From a virus (taxonomy: Duplodnaviria > Heunggongvirae > Uroviricota > Caudoviricetes): a DNA stretch of 37,301 nt. Position numbers and translations under genes: made by a program. How positions within the stretch are numbered: the first letter of the stretch is position 1; each line of letters begins with the position of its first letter. The notes under the pieces are model-generated. The model did no database searches, was not told where the DNA came from, and saw only the letters and a program-made list of their open reading frames with translations. This document shows, piece by piece, positions 1 to 7,063 of the stretch. The DNA lies in IMG/VR virus record IMGVR_UViG_3300028610_001217; one strand, given 5' to 3'.

Positions 1-482
1 ATTTTTTTCTCTTGCGGTATCTCATAAAATTCTTCCCATTGAGCAACTATGTAATCTAATTTCCAGGTTGGGAAATTTAACATAACTAATGGATCTTTGT
101 CCCATTGAGGTGTATAAATATGTAGTGCTGTTTCACAGCTAAACATTTCTTTTACTTTCCCACACTTATTCAATATATCGGCAGGAATCGGTTCGTTGAA
201 ATCTTCTATTGCTATCTTGTTAAAATATCTAGTGTGGTTCCCCCCAGAAGTACATGTTACCGACTCACCTCCAACATTAAGCCGAAAATCACCGTCACTA
301 TCAACTGTAACCTGACATTTAACCAATCCCAGTTTATCTTTAATAATGGCCTCTCTTATTTCATAAGGTTCTAAAGATAGCCCTAGTTTTCCTGCTTGTT
401 CTTTCGCAAGCCCTAGTTGTAATAATTCTGTATCTAAATCTTCTGTTGTAAACTCTTGTTCTTCTTTTGGAATTACAAACAT
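1..482 (-). CDS. hypothetical protein, truncated by window edge
   Basis: Hand translation: ATG at 482 (MFVIPKEEQEFTTEDL...) just after the RtcB stop, with GGGGT upstream. Open to position 1 with no stop. Absent from the supplied track. Confidence 0.8.
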   Translation of the reverse strand, partial: MFVIPKEEQEFTTEDLDTELLQLGLAKEQAGKLGLSLEPYEIREAIIKDKLGLVKCQVTVDSDGDFRLNVGGESVTCTSGGNHTRYFNKIAIEDFNEPIPADILNKCGKVKEMFSCETALHIYTPQWDKDPLVMLNFPTWKLDYIVAQWEEFYEIPQEKK

Positions 483-484
483 TT

Positions 485-1642
485 CTACCCCTTAATCACC
501 GCCAGCGGCGTTAGCTCAACTTCAATATCAACTAGGTCGCTTTGGTTAGCCATAACCTCAGCTATGTCCTTATAAGCACCTGGTGCTTCGTCAAGGTTGC
601 CTTTGTTCCGCACCGAATGAATAACCCCTTTAGCGTCAAGGATATCTATTTGTTCAGCCATATCAAGGCTGCGAATAGCGTCTTTGCGCCCCATCTTTCT
701 ACCTGCACCGTGGGAGCAAGACTTGAACGCCATTTCGTGACCCTTACCTTTAACAATGTAACTAAAGGCTCCTTGGGAACCCGGTATAATTCCGCGCTCT
801 CCTTCATAAGCTCTCGTTGCTCCCTTCCTATGAACAATAACATTTTGACCAAAATGGTTTTCCCAAGCGGCATAGTTATGCGCCACGTCAAGATATGTTT
901 CTTCTGGCCCAGATATTCCCTCGCTGACGAAAATCTTGATTACCTCATTCATCATGAACGCCCGGTTTTTACGGGCAAACTTAAGGCAGTATTCCATCTC
1001 AGCCATATAAGCTCTGCCCTCGTCGGTATCCGTCGGTAAAAATGCCAACTGCCATTCCTTCGGCACCTTTGAAAACCATCTTTCATTCAGCTCAACCGCC
1101 ACCTTATTATAATGACCGGCCACCTGGTGCCCAAGGTTCCGGCTACCGCTGTGAATCATTATATGGATATAGCCGCCTGAACCTTTTTGAATTTCAATAA
1201 AGTGGTTGCCCCCGCCTAAGGTTCCAACCTGCTTACGAGCCTTAGCATATTCCCGCTCAACGATAGGTGTATTGTCGGGCAAATCAGGCAAAAAGCCCGT
1301 CGCCTTCATTTCCTTATGCCAATTTTTGCCGACTGGAATCCGTTTACGGATAAGCCCCATAACCTTTTTCAAATCTTCTTTGCTGATATCCTTAATACCA
1401 AGGCTACACACGCACATACCACAACCAATATCGTACCCAACCGCATAAGGCACAACAACGCCCTTAGTAGCCATAATACCCCCGATTGGCATTCCGTACC
1501 CGACATGAGCGTCCGGCATAAGCGCAATATGCTTATAGACGAACGGTAATTCGGCCAAGTTATATGCCTGCTTCAACGCACCATCTTCTATATCGTCAAG
1601 CCACGCTTTTATTGGAAGTCCATTTTCTCTATAAACCTTCAA
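485..1642 (-). CDS. rtcB: RtcB family RNA ligase (3'-phosphate/2',3'-cyclic phosphate to 5'-OH)
   Basis: Motifs MPDAHVGYG, VGYDIGCG, GTLGGGNHFIE, HSGSR, HNYA, HRKGAT, IPGSQG, SHGAGR, DEAPGAYK. Confidence 0.97.
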   Translation of the reverse strand: MKVYRENGLPIKAWLDDIEDGALKQAYNLAELPFVYKHIALMPDAHVGYGMPIGGIMATKGVVVPYAVGYDIGCGMCVCSLGIKDISKEDLKKVMGLIRKRIPVGKNWHKEMKATGFLPDLPDNTPIVEREYAKARKQVGTLGGGNHFIEIQKGSGGYIHIMIHSGSRNLGHQVAGHYNKVAVELNERWFSKVPKEWQLAFLPTDTDEGRAYMAEMEYCLKFARKNRAFMMNEVIKIFVSEGISGPEETYLDVAHNYAAWENHFGQNVIVHRKGATRAYEGERGIIPGSQGAFSYIVKGKGHEMAFKSCSHGAGRKMGRKDAIRSLDMAEQIDILDAKGVIHSVRNKGNLDEAPGAYKDIAEVMANQSDLVDIEVELTPLAVIKG

Positions 1643-1904
1643 GTTTATCCTTCCACTCCTTCATCCTAGGCGTTGGCATTATTTCTGGCTTAATAATCTT
1701 ATCACCTTCGTGCTTATGCCCTTCTAGCCCCTCAAGCCTGGTTGTGTGTATATCCATCCTTAGTTCCAACATATCAATTTGCCCCATGCTGCTCGCAAGT
1801 CGCCTTGCTAGTAGAACGTTCGCAAGAACAACTACACACAAAAGCGCCAATGCAGATGATTGTAATATCTCAAGTATTGCGTGCACACCTATGCTCATTC
1901 CCAA
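1629..1904 (-). CDS. small membrane-anchored hypothetical protein
   Basis: One hydrophobic stretch (LALLCVVVLANVLLA); overlaps both neighbours in the operon. Confidence 0.6.
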   Translation of the reverse strand: MGMSIGVHAILEILQSSALALLCVVVLANVLLARRLASSMGQIDMLELRMDIHTTRLEGLEGHKHEGDKIIKPEIMPTPRMKEWKDKLEGL

Positions 1905-2266
1905 TCCACCTTTTCCCCTTCTTCGTTATAGACCGTTATAGGTAACTTCGCCCTTTTAGCTTTCCTTAGGGTGTCAAACGTCCCGGTGCTATGCCCATCC
2001 CAAAATGCAACAACTTCGTCAGACGCCTTAACTATTTCTGTATTTCTCATAAATAGAGCTAATGGTATCCCATATTTAAGCACATTCGGTGGTTTGATGG
2101 CTACTTCGTACCCATTCTTTATAGCTTCAACCTCAGCCGTTCTATCAACACCCCGAGCTGCCCCGGAAACAACTATTGCCCCTGCCGGTAAGTTGCGTAC
2201 GAACTTCCGCACCAAGCCTAAGTTATTATAATCGCGAGAACCTACGATTGCGATCCTATGACTCAT
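1895..2266 (-). CDS. SLOG-superfamily protein (DUF2493/YspA-like)
   Basis: IAIVGSR, VVSGAARGVD, RN..IV, VVAFWDG.S.GT motifs. Confidence 0.85.
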   Translation of the reverse strand: MSHRIAIVGSRDYNNLGLVRKFVRNLPAGAIVVSGAARGVDRTAEVEAIKNGYEVAIKPPNVLKYGIPLALFMRNTEIVKASDEVVAFWDGHSTGTFDTLRKAKRAKLPITVYNEEGEKVDWE

Positions 2267-2558
2267 TTTCGCAACACGCCTTTAGGTCATGATACTTAGT
2301 ACCGTTCGGGACGATTTCTTCATATAGCATAAAGCAGTCATCGTTTAAATAGAAAATAGTGAAATCGCCTATTACTTCAACGTCTGTGGCATTATTAGGG
2401 ATCAAAGACTTTTCCGGTTCATCCGGAACGCCCTCAGCCCTCTCTCGTGCCTTATCAGCGGCACTACCGAAAACCGGAATGCCGACTGCGACCAAAATAC
2501 CGATGATCAGAACTATAACCATTAGCTCTACGAGTGTGAAGCCTTTTTGGTTTGCCAT
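2256..2558 (-). CDS. type IV prepilin-like protein (class III signal peptide) with a non-pilin C-terminal domain
   Basis: QKG|FTLVELMVIVLIIGILVAVGIPVF. ATG at 2558 overlaps the upstream TGA (TGATG coupling). Confidence 0.85.
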   Translation of the reverse strand: MANQKGFTLVELMVIVLIIGILVAVGIPVFGSAADKARERAEGVPDEPEKSLIPNNATDVEVIGDFTIFYLNDDCFMLYEEIVPNGTKYHDLKACCENES

Positions 2559-2836
2559 CAATTACACCCTCTTAATTCTGGGTAATGGTTTGGTCTGTCA
2601 CGATAAATAAAGCACTCATTGTCTATGTAAAATATCGTATTGTATTCATCTATCTTAACCGTTTTATCAGCTCGACTTAATACCTTCTGTGCAACCACTG
2701 CTCGCTGTTTAACTCGCTGCATAGGGCCATACTTGACCACAACAAAAGCAAGCCCTGCGGCAATAATAATTGTTAGGCCAAGAAAAACTATGTTAACTCT
2801 ATTTCTCAATAGTCTCCCTCTGCGCAAGCAAGACAT
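2558..2836 (-). CDS. single-TM protein, C-terminal domain paralogous to the adjacent prepilin-like protein
   Basis: TM segment IVFLGLTIIIAAGLAFVVV; TIFYIDNECF aligns with TIFYLNDDCF of the neighbour. True start may be a later TTG. Confidence 0.7.
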   Translation of the reverse strand: MSCLRRGRLLRNRVNIVFLGLTIIIAAGLAFVVVKYGPMQRVKQRAVVAQKVLSRADKTVKIDEYNTIFYIDNECFIYRDRPNHYPELRGCN

Positions 2837-3249
2837 GTAAGGCCGTTACGTCTCCACATCGAGACAACTCTGGCGCGGTCTTCCACTACAAACTCAATTG
2901 AGTATTTACCCGAAAGCACAGAAATATAAACTTCTTGCTTTAATTCACAATCAGAAATAAAATTCCCAACAGGTCGAAGATGCAATTCGTCGTATGGTAT
3001 ATTATGAAGCTTCAGCCAACGCTCTGTTTCGCCCCGAACACTTTCTGTCCTTCCGCTAACCAGCAAAATCTTATACCCAGCACCCTTATACATCCGCACT
3101 AAATTTGCTGCCCATTCGTAAACGCCATCATCAACACAACCAGATTCGAAATTGCACCAGTCCTTGCTATCGCGCCCAACTAAAAGATGAATTCTATGAG
3201 AAATATCAGCTAATGTACCATCAATATCCACAATGATGGCTTTATCCAT
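2806..3249 (-). CDS. HAD phosphatase, T4 polynucleotide kinase 3'-phosphatase-like (stand-alone)
   Basis: VDIDGTLA, VSGR, LHLRP, D..LK, VEDR..VV.MWR..GL.C motifs; no kinase domain. Confidence 0.88.
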   Translation of the reverse strand: MDKAIIVDIDGTLADISHRIHLLVGRDSKDWCNFESGCVDDGVYEWAANLVRMYKGAGYKILLVSGRTESVRGETERWLKLHNIPYDELHLRPVGNFISDCELKQEVYISVLSGKYSIEFVVEDRARVVSMWRRNGLTCLACAEGDY

Positions 3250-3943
3250 TACCTATCCTTTCTATTAACGCTGCTTCAAGTGCCACCTCAGGGTTTTCCC
3301 TAATATCTTTCTCCCAAATTCTTACTACCTCATAGCCTAACGCTCTCATAAATATATCTCGTTCCCTATCGCTTTCCCTTACCCCCGGCCTACCGTGCCA
3401 ATAGTCTCCGTCACATTCTATATTCAAGTTACAACAAGGGATGAATATATCGCATTCCCTTCCTGCATAATATTTATTATCAATATGAGTGACGCCCCAT
3501 TCATCTAAGACCGCCCTTATGGCAAGCTCTATGGTTGTGCCAGCATATGTTCTTCCTTCTCGCATCTTCCTTAACTGTTCTTGCTTTGCCTCGGGATCGC
3601 CCCATCGCCTAGCAGATGCTTCGCGCATTTTGTCCTTAGTTTCTTCTGAAGGTGAACCGCGCAATACCCCTTGTTTAGCCTTACTTATTTTAAGCTTAGT
3701 TTCTTCAGAATGTTTCTTGCCTTTCGGCCAACAAACTCCAACCCTCTTTTTCTGAGATTCGCTCATTTTCTGTTTGGTTTCCTCAGAATGCTTTCTACCT
3801 TTCATCCAAGACGGCTTACCCTTGAGGGCATTACTTATTTTAAGCTTAGTTTCTTCAGAAGTCTCTTTGCGTTTTCTGCCTTTGAGTGCGTCACCTCTCT
3901 TCTTTCGGTGTTCAACTGTTTGCTTATATCCCTTTCGGGGCAT
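3242..3943 (-). CDS. NUMOD3-repeat plus DUF559/Vsr-like endonuclease (homing-endonuclease-like)
   Basis: Repeated (H/T/P)SEETK.K(I/M) motifs; C-terminal DIFIP...IECDGDYWH...D.ERD...GY.VVRIWE. Confidence 0.8.
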   Translation of the reverse strand: MPRKGYKQTVEHRKKRGDALKGRKRKETSEETKLKISNALKGKPSWMKGRKHSEETKQKMSESQKKRVGVCWPKGKKHSEETKLKISKAKQGVLRGSPSEETKDKMREASARRWGDPEAKQEQLRKMREGRTYAGTTIELAIRAVLDEWGVTHIDNKYYAGRECDIFIPCCNLNIECDGDYWHGRPGVRESDRERDIFMRALGYEVVRIWEKDIRENPEVALEAALIERIGNG

Positions 3944-4361
3944 GACCTGCTGCTTCCTTTTTCTTGTAAACCAAATAATGCTTCAGGCACGACCTATAAT
4001 GTCGATTCTTTACCCACAACCCCTTGAGCCGCAAATAATCGTCACCAAACAACTTCATTTCCCCAGCTTTTTGGAGAACATACGGAATCTGTTCACGGTC
4101 ACAAATATATTTAGCCACACCCAAATTCTCCGCAGTTAAAAGCGGTTTATACAACTTAGCGTTGCCCGGATAGCTGATGTAATCTTCAATGACGACAACC
4201 ATCCCAGCCTTAGTCACATAATGTTGATTCGCCTCAAGAAGTGCTTCCTCAAATTCAATCATATTGCCTTCGCCGTACCTTTGAATATTCCCATCCGACC
4301 CCGCAACGAGCCAATTCATAATTTCATCCCCGGGATCTACGGCAAATACAGCTTGCTTCAT
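3924..4361 (-). CDS. RuvC-like (RNase H fold) Holliday junction resolvase
   Basis: FAVDPG and VVIED motifs. The C-terminal acidic motif looks degenerate (RHYRSC). Confidence 0.6.
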   Translation of the reverse strand: MKQAVFAVDPGDEIMNWLVAGSDGNIQRYGEGNMIEFEEALLEANQHYVTKAGMVVVIEDYISYPGNAKLYKPLLTAENLGVAKYICDREQIPYVLQKAGEMKLFGDDYLRLKGLWVKNRHYRSCLKHYLVYKKKEAAGHAPKGI

Positions 4362-4765
4362 ATATCTTCCACCCCCACTACTTCCATTCCCGGTATTTCT
4401 GATTTCAATAAATGAACCGCCCTTAAGAGTTCTTTATCGGCCCCAATTAACAATTTCATTTCGTCTCGAGAATATATCTTCTTCTTACCCGGCCAATTCT
4501 CTTGGCCATATTGACTCAGAACAATTTCGTCATCTAGTGTGGGCGAATACACCCTGACATATTTAACTTCCTCGTCAATAATTTGACGCCAAGCTTCCAT
4601 TAGCTGTTTATTCCCTAATTGGCTAATATCAAAACCTTCATCAGCATATCGCTTCTCAAGTCTATCTAACATGCCTTGCGCTATCACCTCAAGGTCAGTT
4701 CCTCGGTTTTGTTTAACGCCCCGGCGCGAATGGAGGATCTGGTTTTCTAGAGTTGTATACCCCAT
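4358..4765 (-). CDS. hypothetical protein; C-terminus resembles TubC N-terminal docking-like domains
   Basis: VYSPTLDDEIVL...YSRDEMKLL...LRAVHLLK pattern; coupled to neighbours. Confidence 0.5.
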   Translation of the reverse strand: MGYTTLENQILHSRRGVKQNRGTDLEVIAQGMLDRLEKRYADEGFDISQLGNKQLMEAWRQIIDEEVKYVRVYSPTLDDEIVLSQYGQENWPGKKKIYSRDEMKLLIGADKELLRAVHLLKSEIPGMEVVGVEDI

Positions 4766-5205
4766 TGCTCCAATTCCTTAACCACTCCGTCGAATTCTTC
4801 TGGTTTATTTTTAGCAAGCCACTCCAACCAGAGCAGCCCATACAGCGTTAAATCCATTATTGTAGTAGCTTTCGATTCATCGCCTAAGTTTCCAATAACC
4901 GGATTACCATCGATACCGCTGGTCATAATAGCTTCAATTCGATCGTATTTTCTTGTTAAATTGCTGAAAAGCCCAAGTAATTCACCATGTTTTGCATAAC
5001 TATCGCGATATACCGTGTTCTTCTTAGCACACAACTTAATCATCGCTTCAGACAACCGACTAAGATTCGCGGTCAATTCCCCTGGCCGCGTTTGATCACC
5101 TTCCGGCCTGAATTGTAAATATGTTTTTGGTTGTTTAGGTGGCTCCCCTCCCTCACTTTCCTCGATCAAGTGGTCCAAATATTCATCCGTCATTCCCCCG
5201 CTCAT
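4747..5205 (-). CDS. Nmad1/DUF1599-like all-alpha nucleotide-modification-associated protein (MazG/dNTP pyrophosphatase-like)
   Basis: KKN.VY.DSY, RKYDRI, DES...T..DL.LY pattern; directly downstream of the TS homologue. Confidence 0.65.
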   Translation of the reverse strand: MSGGMTDEYLDHLIEESEGGEPPKQPKTYLQFRPEGDQTRPGELTANLSRLSEAMIKLCAKKNTVYRDSYAKHGELLGLFSNLTRKYDRIEAIMTSGIDGNPVIGNLGDESKATTIMDLTLYGLLWLEWLAKNKPEEFDGVVKELEQWGIQL

Positions 5206-6404
5206 ATTAGCGCCTCCCCGTCATCATGCATCACATACGTGGCTGCCACTATTGGCAATTGTTCAATCCCTAGCTCATCTACGATGTTACCTTGCTCCCA
5301 GCCTTGCCTCATTAGGTGCGTGTACATATACCTGATTATTTCAACCTTCCAATCGCAAAGCACCATATCCCGAATGTTTTCGGTAGCTTCTAGAAAATAG
5401 CCGTCCTGAATTAACATCCAAGTTGACAATGCCTCTTTAGTAAGCTTCAAATATTCATTCTTAACAGAATATATCTCAACGTCTTTCCCTGTAATCAGCC
5501 TATCGATAATATCATATGTCTTTTGAACATCTGCCTCAAACTCTTCCGGGCTCTCCGACTTAATTGGCAACGGTTTAACTGACTTATAGATATCGTATTT
5601 ATTCCAAACGTGGTGATAATGAGCCGCAGCTTTAACCTTACTATTCGGTTGATGATAGGCTTTATAGTATGGATTGCTTTCGTAGACATGCATGCTATCA
5701 CTGTATTGAATGTACCGTCCAATCTCAACGCCTAAATAACCGGCAAGCACTTCCTGAATCACACTAAACTGGACAATGTTGGTCGAACAATAACCCCAAA
5801 CAAAATCATTAGAACGATTGAAGACCGACATATTCAACTTGCCGTCCCGAACCTTAAAGCTGATAGCGATATTGCAAGGCGTATCTTTGGTTTCAATCTC
5901 CGTATTATCCCTAGATGGATTCCAAATAGTCATAACTGCTTGACGGCTGTTGAGATCTGCCTTCAATCGCTTATAGCATTGTTCTAACTGGTTGATATAT
6001 TTGCTCCTTCTCCCTGGTGATTCCATCAACCTTTGACCGTAAGCTCCATGAAAATTATTTCCAATACTCCCGTCCCTCCTGACAAATTCTCCTTCATCAA
6101 GATACTCATTTAAACGTGGGTTAAAATATGTAATAAACCCAGCATCACTTTTACCGGCCAATAACCACAATGATTCAGCTAAAAGGAAGAACGGGTTTAA
6201 GCGCCGGTATGGTATTGTCAGCACCCTTTTTTGAGGCTGCTCTAAGACACTTATCATCGGTTGTAATTCAAACGTCTTTTCCCCCTTTACTGTTATTTCT
6301 GTTCCCTGGCAAATACTCTCAAATGCCCTCACGAATAACTCGTTTGGGTAAGCTGCAACCATTTGATTGATGGCCAGCTCCTTGTGAAAACCTTCCCTAC
6401 TCAT
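5202..6404 (-). CDS. thymidylate-synthase-superfamily enzyme, dUMP hydroxymethylase-like
   Basis: NPFF...E.LW.LAG, GAYG.RL, SRQAV..IW, KDTPCN (catalytic Cys), NRSNDFVWG....N, DSMHVY, plus a C-terminal extension of about 150 aa. Confidence 0.85.
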   Translation of the reverse strand: MSREGFHKELAINQMVAAYPNELFVRAFESICQGTEITVKGEKTFELQPMISVLEQPQKRVLTIPYRRLNPFFLLAESLWLLAGKSDAGFITYFNPRLNEYLDEGEFVRRDGSIGNNFHGAYGQRLMESPGRRSKYINQLEQCYKRLKADLNSRQAVMTIWNPSRDNTEIETKDTPCNIAISFKVRDGKLNMSVFNRSNDFVWGYCSTNIVQFSVIQEVLAGYLGVEIGRYIQYSDSMHVYESNPYYKAYHQPNSKVKAAAHYHHVWNKYDIYKSVKPLPIKSESPEEFEADVQKTYDIIDRLITGKDVEIYSVKNEYLKLTKEALSTWMLIQDGYFLEATENIRDMVLCDWKVEIIRYMYTHLMRQGWEQGNIVDELGIEQLPIVAATYVMHDDGEALI

Positions 6405-6406
6405 AA

Positions 6407-7063
6407 CTATTCCTTTCCTCCATATAACGACCTCACTGTCTCCTCAATAGCTTCGTTGCATTCTTCTATTGTCATATTGGTCAATATTCCTGCCACCCTA
6501 GTCATGTGGTCGGGGAGCACGCCCGTCCCGCGCTCATACCATAGGAGCTTAATATCAAGTTGTTTCTTAACTGTTTTTACTACGTTTATGCCAGTAGCTT
6601 CTAGGCTATAACGTCGCCGAGTTGGGTGAACGCATTTTTCGCCGTCAGCAACCACGCAACCTTTTGACCGACAACTCCGGCAGTTTCCTTGAGAAATTAG
6701 GTAGGATTTTTCTGTTACGCTTTCAATATATTTCGCCGCCAACTTATTCATAATATTCGCCGTCAACCGCTCCAAGTTAGACAGCCTATGAAAGATAGCC
6801 ATCTTCTCAAACTTGAGGATAGTATCATAAGTTGATTGCAAAGATATGATGTGAAAGAGTGGATAATTTTTAGCCAGCTTATTGAAGTCGGGAGCACACC
6901 AAGCACAACCGCCATTCTTCTCATGATTACTGCACCCTACACAATAATCCGCCTTATTGCCTTCGAGCAAAATTATCTCTTCAGGCTTAATAACCTTGTG
7001 ATAAACTTTCATTGGATACTCGCTGCCGCTCCCGGTTACATGAGTAATCCCAATAGTGCTCAC
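6407..7063 (-). CDS. DUF2284-like Cys-rich metal-binding protein
   Basis: CVGC...GGC.WCAP, GNCRSC...C.......C.HP...RYSLEATGINV pattern. Confidence 0.75.
   Translation of the reverse strand: MSTIGITHVTGSGSEYPMKVYHKVIKPEEIILLEGNKADYCVGCSNHEKNGGCAWCAPDFNKLAKNYPLFHIISLQSTYDTILKFEKMAIFHRLSNLERLTANIMNKLAAKYIESVTEKSYLISQGNCRSCRSKGCVVADGEKCVHPTRRRYSLEATGINVVKTVKKQLDIKLLWYERGTGVLPDHMTRVAGILTNMTIEECNEAIEETVRSLYGGKE

Noticed and set aside
3600-3900. Spaced repeats that might be a CRISPR mini-array
   Set aside because: They encode NUMOD3 SEETK motifs inside an ORF, and spacing is irregular.
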